From an uncultured virus (IMG/VR IMGVR_UViG_3300023198_000617) (Duplodnaviria > Heunggongvirae > Uroviricota > Caudoviricetes > Crassvirales), in IMG/VR virus record IMGVR_UViG_3300023198_000617: DNA of 64,000 bases; one strand, 5' to 3'. Within the stretch, counting starts at the first letter, position 1, and every line of letters starts with the position of its first letter. The position numbers and the translations under genes are program-made. Under the pieces are notes generated by a model. It searched no databases, was not told the origin of the DNA, and saw only the letters and a program-made list of their open reading frames with translations. Shown here one piece after another: positions 30,153-40,290 of this stretch.

Positions 30153-31092
30153 CAATAAAATTCTAACTATGATTCCTCTTAAAGAGGCAGCACGTAAAGA
30201 GTTGCGTTATATTAAGAATAGGATGAGTGGTAAAATCAAATCCCTCAAGACACCGTGGAAAAAGTTTGATAAAGCAGGAATGAACGGTATCGAATGGGGA
30301 AGTATCATCACTATCGCAGGTATGTCAGGTAGTGGTAAGACTGCAATTCTTAATGAGTTAGAGAGTGGATTATTCCACCTCAATCCTGATGAGAACTTTG
30401 CAGTGCTGTCATTCAATTTTGAAATGGTAGCAAGAAGGCTCGTTGGAAGGAAGATTTCCAAGAACCTAAAAATGACTACGACACAGATTTACAATGCTGA
30501 TACCGAGAACAAAGACAAAAATATTACAGATAAGATTTATCGACAAGCTGTTAATTATGCAGAAAGCATAAAGGATTTACCACTTTGGTATGTGGACATT
30601 CCCGGAACCGTACAAGAAATTAAGAATACAATCGAATATTTCGCTATGGGTATGGAATGTAATATAGATCGTGGAATCCTCGTTACCCTTGATCATTCAA
30701 TATTAGTTAAGAAGTTCGGAGAACAGAATCAAAATCAGGTTCTATACGAATTAGCTGCTATGTTTAATGAACTCAAGAAGAAGATCAAAGCATCCTTTGT
30801 TATTGTGAGTCAGTTGAATAGGGGTATTGAAGCTGTAGAGAGAATACAGAACAAGAACCTACACTATCCACAGAAATCGGATGTCTTCGGTGCAGATGCA
30901 CTATATCAATATTCGGATATATTTATGATTACGCATCGACCCGAAATGTTAAACCTCAGAGCATATGGACCAACCGATCTTGCTGTAGATGGAATTATCT
31001 ATTTCCACTTCATCAAGACTCGTGAAACTGAGCCGTTTATTGCAAAGATGCGAAACAACTTAAAATACAATCAGGTCTTAGACTATGATTGA
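30142..31092 (+). CDS. dnaB: DnaB-like replicative helicase (C-terminal RecA domain only)
   Basis: GMSGSGKT, FNFEM, VTLDH, SQLNR motifs. Confidence 0.9.
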   Translation: MDNSNKILTMIPLKEAARKELRYIKNRMSGKIKSLKTPWKKFDKAGMNGIEWGSIITIAGMSGSGKTAILNELESGLFHLNPDENFAVLSFNFEMVARRLVGRKISKNLKMTTTQIYNADTENKDKNITDKIYRQAVNYAESIKDLPLWYVDIPGTVQEIKNTIEYFAMGMECNIDRGILVTLDHSILVKKFGEQNQNQVLYELAAMFNELKKKIKASFVIVSQLNRGIEAVERIQNKNLHYPQKSDVFGADALYQYSDIFMITHRPEMLNLRAYGPTDLAVDGIIYFHFIKTRETEPFIAKMRNNLKYNQVLDYD

Positions 31093-31113
31093 TGTCGAAT
31101 AAAAATAAACGCT

Positions 31114-31689
31114 ATGAAAAAGAGAGTTATAGTTTTTATAGTATTTATACTGGTATCTATTAACTCGTTCGCTCCCATCCTTTCTACACGTGATGTGGAA
31201 CAGTCTCTTTGGAATCATCAACGTGCTCAATCAAAACTTAGAGTGCAGGAGAATGATGCTGAAGAACTCAGGCGGTATCTTGAAGCTATAGGTTATAGTG
31301 AATCAGGAAATAATCCGAAAGCGTGGAATGAACATGGTTATATTGGAAAATATCAGTTTGGATTTATTACTCGAAAATCGTGCGGATATGGTTATATTCG
31401 CTTTGCAGATTTTGTGAAGAATCCTTCAATCTGGTCTGAGAAAGATCAGGAGAAGGCTATGATCACATTACTATCTAAGAATGAAAATCATCTTAAAGAG
31501 ATCATTAACAGGTATAATGGCGAAGTGATAAGAGGAAGAACTGTAACCAAAAGTGGTATTCTTGCAGCAGCTCACCTTGCAGGTGCAGGTGGTGTTAAGA
31601 GATACTTCTATAATGGTAATAATCCAAAGGATGCCTATGGTACAGCGTTAGAAGACTATTTATTCAAATTTTCTGGTTTTAATTTCTAA
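31114..31689 (+). CDS. lysozyme-like/transglycosylase peptidoglycan hydrolase with N-terminal signal
   Basis: ES..N..A.N..GYIGKYQFG and ILAAAHLAGAGGV; hydrophobic N-terminus. Confidence 0.75.
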   Translation: MKKRVIVFIVFILVSINSFAPILSTRDVEQSLWNHQRAQSKLRVQENDAEELRRYLEAIGYSESGNNPKAWNEHGYIGKYQFGFITRKSCGYGYIRFADFVKNPSIWSEKDQEKAMITLLSKNENHLKEIINRYNGEVIRGRTVTKSGILAAAHLAGAGGVKRYFYNGNNPKDAYGTALEDYLFKFSGFNF

Positions 31690-31694
31690 CAATT

Positions 31695-32375
31695 ATGAGC
31701 GAAATTATTGCAGTGGTCGGACAGACCGGAACAGGTAAGTCTACTTCTGTAGAGCCACTAAATGCGAAAGAAACGGTTATCATTGGTATTATTGATAAAC
31801 CGCTTCCTTTCCGTGGTTGGAAGCAGAACTATCAGACCGGGATTCAAGAAGGCGGTAATTTCTTAGTAAGTCATGATTCAGAACAAATAGTGAAGGTTCT
31901 CAAATATATTAGTGAGAATCGTCCCGAAGTTAAGCAAATCGTAATTGATGATTTCCAGTACATTATGTCTACTGAGTTTATGAACAGGGCAAATGAACAG
32001 GGATGGCAGAAATTTACGGATATTGCTAAACACGTTTGGGACGTGATCAATGCAGCTAAGAGTCTAAGAGAAGACTTGAAAGTTGTTTTCCTGAGCCATG
32101 ACGAGATTATTACTGAGAATTTCCAGCCAAAGCGTAAGATTAAGACAATCGGAAAATTACTTGATGACAAAGTTACACTCGAAGGATTGTTTACAGTCGT
32201 GCTATTTACAGATGTTCAGAAAAATAAGGAAAAGAACGGATTAGAATACACTTTTATTACTCAGAATGATGGAACAACCACTGCGAAGTCCCCTCGTGGG
32301 ATGTTCGCAACCCTCAATATCCCAAACGATCTTGCAAAAGTGATTGACACGATCAATACGTATTACGAGGGATAA
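31695..32375 (+). CDS. AAA/P-loop ATPase (Sak4-like recombination ATPase)
   Basis: GQTGTGKS, VIDDFQY, C-terminal TAKSP.GMF. Confidence 0.8.
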   Translation: MSEIIAVVGQTGTGKSTSVEPLNAKETVIIGIIDKPLPFRGWKQNYQTGIQEGGNFLVSHDSEQIVKVLKYISENRPEVKQIVIDDFQYIMSTEFMNRANEQGWQKFTDIAKHVWDVINAAKSLREDLKVVFLSHDEIITENFQPKRKIKTIGKLLDDKVTLEGLFTVVLFTDVQKNKEKNGLEYTFITQNDGTTTAKSPRGMFATLNIPNDLAKVIDTINTYYEG

Positions 32376-32410
32376 ACCTTATTTTTAAATCATATAAATT
32401 TTAACAAATT

Positions 32411-33205
32411 ATGGGATTTACTCCAAATGAATCAGACAAAAAAGTTTTCAAAGAAGTAAAACTGTATACGGGGATACATAATTTGAAGGTTGTAGCTATT
32501 AATCCAACTAAAGATCAGTTGGAAGAGATGGGTTACAAACCTCAAAATGCTCCCGTCTACCTGACTACTGAAGGAGATGTGAAAAAGCTGAGACTTGATT
32601 TTCACCTGAACGGTGAGAGTCCTGAAGGAGACAAGATCATGACCAAAGTTGCCTTCTTCCTTGAGAATCAGTTAAGAGTGAACAGAGAAGGAACGAAATC
32701 CGAGTGGATCAACGACTTTGGTCGTACTGCTTGGAGTGCAGAAGGAGACCCTGATAACCCACCAACCGAGTTGGCATGGTTCAAAAGCGAAACTGCTCGT
32801 CAGAGTCATGTGGGAGAAGGTGATCTTCACCTGTTTCTTACAAACTGGTTGAATATTGGTCCAGATGATGAAGCGAAGATGGATAACTTCATTGGTCTGT
32901 TTGATGAAGACTATTCTGAAATTCAAGGTCTTCTTGCAGGAAACGTTGACAATGAGATACGTGTGCTTCTGACTGTTCGTGATAACAAGTATCAGAGTGT
33001 TTATAACAAATACTTTGATCGTGCCTCCAACAAGAGGACGAACTATTGGGATTCTCACATAAAGAATCAGACTGTCAATGGTTATCCTGTTAAGGAAGAT
33101 TATCAGAACAGCGTCACATTCCAAGAATGGACGGAGCCTGTAACCAAGCCTGATGCAGGTGACAATGCAGAAGGAGAAGGTCAGAAGAAGGACGATCCAT
33201 TTTAG
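32411..33205 (+). CDS. putative single-stranded DNA-binding protein
   Basis: Between the ATPase and primase; acidic C-terminal tail ending DDPF. Confidence 0.6.
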   Translation: MGFTPNESDKKVFKEVKLYTGIHNLKVVAINPTKDQLEEMGYKPQNAPVYLTTEGDVKKLRLDFHLNGESPEGDKIMTKVAFFLENQLRVNREGTKSEWINDFGRTAWSAEGDPDNPPTELAWFKSETARQSHVGEGDLHLFLTNWLNIGPDDEAKMDNFIGLFDEDYSEIQGLLAGNVDNEIRVLLTVRDNKYQSVYNKYFDRASNKRTNYWDSHIKNQTVNGYPVKEDYQNSVTFQEWTEPVTKPDAGDNAEGEGQKKDDPF

Positions 33206-33216
33206 CCTAATTCAAT

Positions 33217-34275
33217 ATGGCATTTACACAAAAGGACAAGAGTCTTACCAAAGAGAATATTCTCAAACATCTTGATTCATATCAATTGTTTAAGGCATAC
33301 TGCCTAAACTTTAAGAATGTTGATAGAATGTTTAAGAGTGAGTTCAGAAAAGACAATGATCCTTCATGCCATATTGTAATGTGGGAAGGAGATTTACTGT
33401 ACAAAGATTTTGGAGAAAAAGGATACCGAGTATTTGATTATATAGCAAGAAAATTTAATACTGATTTTCATGGTACACTAAGGATAATTAACAAAGATTT
33501 CAATCTTGGTCTTGGTGGATCAAAAACTCGTGTCGCTTCCAGTACTGCGAAGGAAATACCTTCAAAGGCTGGTCTCGACACTGGTTTGCTTGAACCTCAT
33601 CCAACGATAATAGAGATTCAAAAACGTAGATGGACTAAATATGATAGAGAGTATTGGGCACAATATGAAATCCCTCCATTACTCTTAAAATATCATCGTA
33701 TATGGTCTCTGGATACGTATCGAATAGATAGCAAAAAACAAGGAGATATAACCTTTAGGGTACACCCTGAACAACTTGCTTATTCATTCGACTATTATTG
33801 GCACAATGGAGTATTTCGTAGAAAATTATATTTTCCTCAAGCACATGGCAGAGGTAGGTTTGCATCCAACGTAAACAATACTATTGTACAAGGATGGACA
33901 CTACTTCCCAAAAACAAGCAGGATATTCTATTCGTAACCAAGTCATATAAGGACATACTTACGTTCAATTTGCTTGGTTATTGGGCGATAGCTCCGAACA
34001 GTGAACATTCATTCATTCCAGATAATGTAATGGAAAAACTGAAACAACGGTTCAGTAACATATATGTCTGGTTCGATAACGATGAAGGAGGGTTAAAAGG
34101 CGGAAGTGGATTTGCTGACAAGTTCAGTCTTCCATTCACCCATAATCCCATTGGTGAGCCTAAAGACCCATCAGACTATGTAAAAGAGTACAGTTCAAAT
34201 CAATTCGATAAACTTGTAACACAATTCCTAAGAGATGCAGGACATAATTATAACAGTCCCGAATTTCGAGTATAG
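33217..34275 (+). CDS. DNA primase (TOPRIM)
   Basis: S.FRKD..PSC, TKSYKD, FDNDEGG, KDPSD motifs. Confidence 0.85.
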   Translation: MAFTQKDKSLTKENILKHLDSYQLFKAYCLNFKNVDRMFKSEFRKDNDPSCHIVMWEGDLLYKDFGEKGYRVFDYIARKFNTDFHGTLRIINKDFNLGLGGSKTRVASSTAKEIPSKAGLDTGLLEPHPTIIEIQKRRWTKYDREYWAQYEIPPLLLKYHRIWSLDTYRIDSKKQGDITFRVHPEQLAYSFDYYWHNGVFRRKLYFPQAHGRGRFASNVNNTIVQGWTLLPKNKQDILFVTKSYKDILTFNLLGYWAIAPNSEHSFIPDNVMEKLKQRFSNIYVWFDNDEGGLKGGSGFADKFSLPFTHNPIGEPKDPSDYVKEYSSNQFDKLVTQFLRDAGHNYNSPEFRV

Positions 34276-34717
34276 GTATGTCGTAACTAAAAAGTCAAGA
34301 AAATCCGGAAGAGTAAGATACTGGACCATTAACGGTCAAGGATTGTACAATGCTACACTACACTACCGATTAAGATCAAAAGTTACCAAGTATTACCATA
34401 AATATTTATCGAAACGAATCAAACAGCAGATTTCCAAACAACAGATTGCAGAGTTAAACAATCTTATTTTTCCTGACTCTTCCCACAAACTATCCGTATC
34501 CTTAGACATTTACGAAGTACGTAGAGGCAAAATGCCTGACGTGAGTAATCTATGGTTATGGACGAAGTGGTTTGAGGATGCTCTACAAGAGTCAGAAATT
34601 ATTCCGGATGACAATCCAGATTACGTGCATGAAAGCGGACGAACCCGTTATCACTTTGTTGATAATCAAGAGGATCGTAAACTCGTTTTCACCTTGAAAT
34701 TGATAAAGATTAATTAA
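34235..34717 (+). CDS. RusA-like Holliday junction resolvase
   Basis: PDVSNL...K.FEDAL....IIPDDN pattern. Confidence 0.7.
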   Translation: MQDIIITVPNFEYRYVVTKKSRKSGRVRYWTINGQGLYNATLHYRLRSKVTKYYHKYLSKRIKQQISKQQIAELNNLIFPDSSHKLSVSLDIYEVRRGKMPDVSNLWLWTKWFEDALQESEIIPDDNPDYVHESGRTRYHFVDNQEDRKLVFTLKLIKIN

Positions 34718-34729
34718 AAAATATTCATC

Positions 34730-35458
34730 ATGAGAAAAGTCGTAATAAAAACCGCTGCACAGAAGGACCCTATTGAGCATGAATCTTCAGCAGCCACGTT
34801 TGGGCAACTGAAGAAGGAACTCAAGCAGATTAAATGGTCTGGTATGAGAGTAGTTGAAAGAACTTCCAAGATGAGTCTTCAAATGGACGATTCAGTTCTT
34901 CCACAGGGAGATTTCCTCCTGTTCCTTGTACCTGAGAAGGTCAAGAGTGGTCGTAAGACCAGTGGAGGCACTGAGGAGCTTAGTAAGCCTATTGAAGAGT
35001 GCTCCTACAATGAGTGCAGGAGTCATATGAGTTGGTTGAACCGGAATAAAGATGCAAATCTTGATATGTCCGGTGGTACTGATGACCTGAAGAAGGAGCT
35101 GAAGAGGTACTATTCCAATAAAAGGAAAAGGGATGCAAGAGCAGCAACAAAACCTGCTGCTAAAAAGCCTGTAGCCAAGAAAGCTGCTCCTAAAGCTGCT
35201 CCTAAGCCTGAAAAGAAGGAGAAGAAGAAGAAAAAAGGTTTCTTCTCCAAGAAGGGACCTGTTGATCCTATTCAGGCTCTTGAGGATTCTCGTCAGGAGA
35301 TGAATAAGGCTATTGATGAGATTGTATTACACGCAATCGAAGCTGGACCTTCTGCGGGAGCAGTACTTAAATATACTGTTGCTGATCTTGATAAGGAGAT
35401 CAAGGAAATTCATAAAGCCTTGAGAACCAGTAGGAGTTCTGCAAAGTATATTGATTAA
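34730..35458 (+). CDS. putative ubiquitin-like (beta-grasp) precursor with C-terminal extension
   Basis: The first 74 aa have a beta-grasp pattern (KVVIKT..ATFGQLKKEL..L..DDSVLP.GDF.LFLVP) ending in KVKSG. First gene of the E2/JAB/ThiF cluster. Confidence 0.6.
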   Translation: MRKVVIKTAAQKDPIEHESSAATFGQLKKELKQIKWSGMRVVERTSKMSLQMDDSVLPQGDFLLFLVPEKVKSGRKTSGGTEELSKPIEECSYNECRSHMSWLNRNKDANLDMSGGTDDLKKELKRYYSNKRKRDARAATKPAAKKPVAKKAAPKAAPKPEKKEKKKKKGFFSKKGPVDPIQALEDSRQEMNKAIDEIVLHAIEAGPSAGAVLKYTVADLDKEIKEIHKALRTSRSSAKYID

Positions 35459-35480
35459 GATAGTTTGTGGTTCCTAATGT

Positions 35481-35520
35481 AGAGAGGTGTAGGAGAGTAA
35501 TCTTCTGCACCTTTCTTATT
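35481..35520 (+). terminator. rho-independent terminator between the Ubl and E2-like genes
   Basis: agaggtgtaggaga-gtaa-tcttctgcaccttt-cttatt. Confidence 0.65.
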
Positions 35521-35524
35521 AAAA

Positions 35525-37720
35525 ATGATAGATATGAATGAAGATGAAATTCAAGAATATCCTTCTCATATGAGGGAAGAAGATACTGATAATTTAGGAG
35601 CTGGAGAGCAAGTTATAGCTGACAGAAATCAAGAGATACTGGAAGGTCTTATAGATCAAGATGCTATAAATGATCGAGAGGTAAGAGGTATAGCACAACA
35701 GTTACATGAAGCAGAACAAAACAGACAAGCCTATGAAGGTCTTACAGAAGAACGTCTGAGAGAAGTTGTTGATGAAGTTTTGGAAGAAGCTGATCCTCAA
35801 CCTATTATATATCCTCCTATTGATCCTGCTACTCTTCCGATTCCTGAACCCGTTATAGAAGAAACTCCAGTTCAGAGAAATAGAGCAAGAATTGATGTAG
35901 GTAATATTCCTGTAGGGATGAGTCCAGAAGAATTTATAAGACATTATATAAATGGTTCAGCATATTTCATAAATACTGCTCCTGCAACTGTTACAAGTTA
36001 TACAGATGACATTGGAACATATATGGAGTTAAATCAAGTTTATGGTGATACTTCTACTGGTACTACTACTATACCAACAGATATTACATGGGGTCCTCCA
36101 CCAACAGCAGGAGTACAAGTAGATGTACCTGAAGAAGTAATGCGTCTTCCTCCTGAAGAAGTTGCTCGAATTAGAGCTGCTAAAAAGAAATTACAAGAAC
36201 GTCAACTTCAATACAGGCGTGAGATTCGTGTCAGAGATTTGAAAATTGATAGTAATGATTTGATTATTACATTTCATGATGAATGTAATTATAATTTCTA
36301 TCATATTGATTTAGAAGGAAGATACAATGTAGGAGAATCCAGAAACGGATACCAAGCACGAAGAAGAAGGCAAATCGTAGGTCGTTCCATATCAAATGAT
36401 CTTTTCTTCGATAAACACATGAATTATCTAATCATCAACGTCGATGGTTATGCAGAAAATGGTGTAAGAAAGACTGTACGAACCGGACAAAGGATATATG
36501 GTACTCAGGTTACTCCGTGGAATGGTGGAGGTGATATGAATGAACGACGTTTTATCATAGTTGATAAGAATACTTTCATCAGTTCTAAAGGTAGAATTAT
36601 CAAACTCAAACGTAGACAAGACATACCTTATACGAAAATCATAAAGATCAAGAGACATTTCTCAGATCTGTTTGACAAGATGGACCGGTTTCTTGTTTGG
36701 ATGAAAACTCATATTGATGAGATTCACCCACAAGAGGATTATGACATCATGTATAACATGAACGGAAGCACTGGAAATAATAAATATGCTCTACTTCTGA
36801 AGTTTAGAGATGTAACTATCCAGAACTCTCTTGAAATGGAACATCATATTGGTGATATATTCATTAGAAGTTCGGGTCAGAATGTGGTTTCACATAGTAG
36901 TAGTGAAATACGGTGTTCTTTAACTGGTTCTGTTTATGGAACAAGGTTAGGATTCACTCCTGCTGACGCTGCTTTAAACTACCAGCACTCTCATTTGACC
37001 TCTACTATGACCAATTTTGGAGGCTTTTGTACTGGACATGAGAACTACCATCACGGAGAAGGTTATATGACTCCTATAGAGCTACAAGCACATATTATCA
37101 GGCTGTCCAGTTTCATTCAGTGGGAGTCGCTTGAAGGTGGTCCTCACAATAAGATGGAGAACATCAATATTCATGGTCCGACTGTACCGATTAAACCTTC
37201 TGTTATGAAAATAAACAGGCAGGTGACAAGTGGTTACGTCAACGCATTGATTAATGAAATTAATAAGACTGAACAAAAATTCACTGTATTTTCAGACTGT
37301 TTCTCTTTAGTCAATTGCGGAGATGAAAATCTAAAATTTGTTGCTGACTATGATAGATTCTATGAGAAATTTATAGGAATACTTGATAATCAGAAACTTA
37401 CAAGACTTCATAATTTTCATAATGAAAGAACATATACCTATAATCCTATAGGTAGAACCTTTCATAAGACTATAAATAATGATATGACCGATTCAAATAA
37501 GATTATTAAGAAAGCACGAGATAATATACGTGCTCTTACTCCTATCTACATGAATGGAAAATATCACAAACCTTATTTGACTACGCTTAGTGCAGATGAT
37601 ATTCTACAAGGAGTACGCTTCTGTCCTGAGCCTAATTTCATGAAGGAAGTGGCACAAATGATTCTTTATAAACTAACAGATAAACTTGAAAAATATGGGA
37701 ACAGCAGCGAAAACGCCTGA
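35525..37720 (+). CDS. large protein with prokaryotic E2-like domain
   Basis: Acidic/Pro-rich N-terminus. C-terminal half has YQHSHL...FGGFCTG (HxH..C, E2-like) followed by WESLEGGP. Confidence 0.55.
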   Translation: MIDMNEDEIQEYPSHMREEDTDNLGAGEQVIADRNQEILEGLIDQDAINDREVRGIAQQLHEAEQNRQAYEGLTEERLREVVDEVLEEADPQPIIYPPIDPATLPIPEPVIEETPVQRNRARIDVGNIPVGMSPEEFIRHYINGSAYFINTAPATVTSYTDDIGTYMELNQVYGDTSTGTTTIPTDITWGPPPTAGVQVDVPEEVMRLPPEEVARIRAAKKKLQERQLQYRREIRVRDLKIDSNDLIITFHDECNYNFYHIDLEGRYNVGESRNGYQARRRRQIVGRSISNDLFFDKHMNYLIINVDGYAENGVRKTVRTGQRIYGTQVTPWNGGGDMNERRFIIVDKNTFISSKGRIIKLKRRQDIPYTKIIKIKRHFSDLFDKMDRFLVWMKTHIDEIHPQEDYDIMYNMNGSTGNNKYALLLKFRDVTIQNSLEMEHHIGDIFIRSSGQNVVSHSSSEIRCSLTGSVYGTRLGFTPADAALNYQHSHLTSTMTNFGGFCTGHENYHHGEGYMTPIELQAHIIRLSSFIQWESLEGGPHNKMENINIHGPTVPIKPSVMKINRQVTSGYVNALINEINKTEQKFTVFSDCFSLVNCGDENLKFVADYDRFYEKFIGILDNQKLTRLHNFHNERTYTYNPIGRTFHKTINNDMTDSNKIIKKARDNIRALTPIYMNGKYHKPYLTTLSADDILQGVRFCPEPNFMKEVAQMILYKLTDKLEKYGNSSENA

Positions 37721-38846
37721 GAAGGCTGAATATCCGATCTATACGATGGAAGATAAAGGTAAATTAATTTTACCACCTGAAATCATAGCACAGATCACAT
37801 ATCTTCATTCTCATTGTGGAGGAAAGGAATGGTCAGGAATCCTCGTATATGATGTTAAAGGAAATCCTTCCAAACCTGAGAGTTTTGAATTGATTGCAAA
37901 GCATATTTTCCTGATGGATATTGGAACAGCAGGAGCAACTGATTATGAAACTGATGGTGATATTGTGGACATCTTTGATCAGATTCCGGAAGCTATGGAA
38001 ATGAAATTAGGTCATATCCATACACATCACAGTGGATCAGCTTATTTCTCTGGAACAGATGAAGGAGAGCTTCAGGATAATGTGGATAAACACAATTATT
38101 ATCTATCTCTGGTAGTGAATTACAATGGTAATTATGCTGCTAAAGTTGTTTTCCTGTCTGATATGCATACCACGTCCAAGATGAATTATAAGGATGATGG
38201 TGGTGAAATCAAGCATTTCAAACAGTCCAAAATTGAGAAACATATGGTTGTTATCGACATGAGAATTTTCTACGGTGAAGTTGGTGGATTCTTCTCTGAT
38301 CGTCTTGAAGCAGTTCAAGGAAAAATAGCAGCAAAGGAGAAAGCAGAAAAGAAAAGTTGGAAAGGGTATAGTGGAAATAACCACTCTGGTTTTCAGAACA
38401 GTAATAGCAGACTTCCTGCCATCGGGAGTAAAGTCATTCCTGATAAAATGACAGGTTGGGAAATAGAGAAACTGACAAAAAACGTCCTGATGTTTGATGC
38501 TGAACTGAAGACAGAGAGCAATGTATATGCTGTTCTGCACCAGATTGTCAATCAAGAAGAAGATACTGCTTCGATGGACTTATACTATGATTATCTCCTG
38601 AATCATATCGACAAGGTATTTAATGCTTTCTTCGATACACCTCTTGCTAACGATGAACGTATCGTTGTAGCAACAGAGGTAATCATGTGTTTCAAGAAAT
38701 ATGAAGGGATTCCAGCTCTTGTTGATATAATTAATAATCTTGAAGAGACCTTTGATCACTATATGCTTAAATACGAAGTAGAAATAGATGATTCGGGAGA
38801 AGGAAGTATTGCTGACCAACTTGAAAAGATGGAGAACGAGTTATGA
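37695..38846 (+). CDS. JAB/MPN+ metallo-isopeptidase
   Basis: EWSG...GHIHTHH...YFSGTD, the JAMM motif E-HxH-x7-S-x2-D. Confidence 0.85.
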   Translation: MGTAAKTPEKAEYPIYTMEDKGKLILPPEIIAQITYLHSHCGGKEWSGILVYDVKGNPSKPESFELIAKHIFLMDIGTAGATDYETDGDIVDIFDQIPEAMEMKLGHIHTHHSGSAYFSGTDEGELQDNVDKHNYYLSLVVNYNGNYAAKVVFLSDMHTTSKMNYKDDGGEIKHFKQSKIEKHMVVIDMRIFYGEVGGFFSDRLEAVQGKIAAKEKAEKKSWKGYSGNNHSGFQNSNSRLPAIGSKVIPDKMTGWEIEKLTKNVLMFDAELKTESNVYAVLHQIVNQEEDTASMDLYYDYLLNHIDKVFNAFFDTPLANDERIVVATEVIMCFKKYEGIPALVDIINNLEETFDHYMLKYEVEIDDSGEGSIADQLEKMENEL

Positions 38847-39526
38847 TAGATATAAAGAAATCAAGATTCCGTGATGCATCATGGTTTGAGAAAATGGATA
38901 ATTTCGTTGTTCCCATTATCGTCGGAGGTGCAGGTGGGATTGGTAGTTGGCTGACTTTATTTCTGTCAAGGATGCTACCACCTACCTCATATATTATTCT
39001 ATATGACTTTGACAAGGTTGAAGAAGTGAATATGGCTGGACAACTGTTCAGAACTCAGGACATCGGTAAACTGAAAGTCAATGCTATGAAAGATATAGTA
39101 AGAGATTTCAGTGGGTATGAGAAGATTACAATACAACCTGATCGGTATGATCCGGAATCTCTCAGAAGTCCTGTAATGTTTTCTGCTTTTGATAATATGG
39201 TTGCTCGAAAAGATATGTTCGAGAACTGGTTACAAGAAGCTGAAAACTATCCAAACTCCATATTTATTGATGGTAGATTGAACGCAGAACAATTTCAGGT
39301 ATTTTATGTAACGCTTGGTAATGCTCTGACGTACAAGAATAAACACCTCTTTGCTGACTCTGAAGTAGAAGATGCAAACTGCTCCTATAAGCAGACCACT
39401 CACTTTGCAGCAGCAATTGCTGCTAAGATGGTTCAAGGATTTACAGCGTTTTTAGATGATACCTATGAACTTCCTTTTAAGTATGAAGAAATAGGTCCAT
39501 TGTTCTTCACTGAAACTGAACCATAA
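38843..39526 (+). CDS. ThiF/E1-like adenylyltransferase
   Basis: GAGGIGS, DFDKVEEVN..GQ, FDN..AR, IDGR, and a Cys in ANCSYKQ. Confidence 0.9.
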   Translation: MIDIKKSRFRDASWFEKMDNFVVPIIVGGAGGIGSWLTLFLSRMLPPTSYIILYDFDKVEEVNMAGQLFRTQDIGKLKVNAMKDIVRDFSGYEKITIQPDRYDPESLRSPVMFSAFDNMVARKDMFENWLQEAENYPNSIFIDGRLNAEQFQVFYVTLGNALTYKNKHLFADSEVEDANCSYKQTTHFAAAIAAKMVQGFTAFLDDTYELPFKYEEIGPLFFTETEP

Positions 39527-40290
39527 TGGAGAATATACTGACAATTACAGATTACGTTTATTCTAATCCAGAAAAAAATATAATCTATCCGTTGAAGTTT
39601 ATATCTCATGACAGACAATTCCCTTTAATAGCAATTCCTATATCTTATAGAGGAGATCAAAATCCTTATTTTAGAAATATGCATAACAAGGGAACTTCTT
39701 GTCGGGTAATTAATAAACTTGAATTAGAACATTCAGGTACTTCTATTAAATATCGGAAAACTAACAGTTATGGAGGTCCTGTATCAAATATCTATACAGG
39801 ATTCTTCAGTGCGATAGCTACCAGAAATGATTTCGATTATATGCCTTCAGGTTTGCTTGGTAATGATATTCATTATCGTATGAAAGCAGAGCTGGATATA
39901 TTTTGTCTTGGTATTGTAAAATTATCAAGACTTCCTCAAGTTAAATGGATTGTTCAGAAACAGTACAGAAGGTATGTGAAAAGAAATCCTTTAGTCGAAA
40001 TTACTTACGATATGAGAGATGTCAAAATCCTTGTCTCTGAAGAGAAGCTACGCAAATCCAATTTTATGAAGGATAATTATACTGCAACTATAAGAACGAA
40101 TTTACTAAACAAGATTAAACAATTTCAGATAAGCTATCCATTGACTGTAGAAGATGTCTCAGATGATTATCTCGAAGAATTTGTAATTCGTCCTAATACT
40201 GTCAGGACGAACTCGTTAGGAGAGGTTATAACCATGAGTAACGAGATCAAGGACAGTGTATTTTCTAACTTAAATACAGTGATGGTATGA
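39526..40290 (+). CDS. hypothetical protein coupled to the ThiF gene
   Basis: 254 aa, TAATG overlap. Confidence 0.65.
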   Translation: MENILTITDYVYSNPEKNIIYPLKFISHDRQFPLIAIPISYRGDQNPYFRNMHNKGTSCRVINKLELEHSGTSIKYRKTNSYGGPVSNIYTGFFSAIATRNDFDYMPSGLLGNDIHYRMKAELDIFCLGIVKLSRLPQVKWIVQKQYRRYVKRNPLVEITYDMRDVKILVSEEKLRKSNFMKDNYTATIRTNLLNKIKQFQISYPLTVEDVSDDYLEEFVIRPNTVRTNSLGEVITMSNEIKDSVFSNLNTVMV

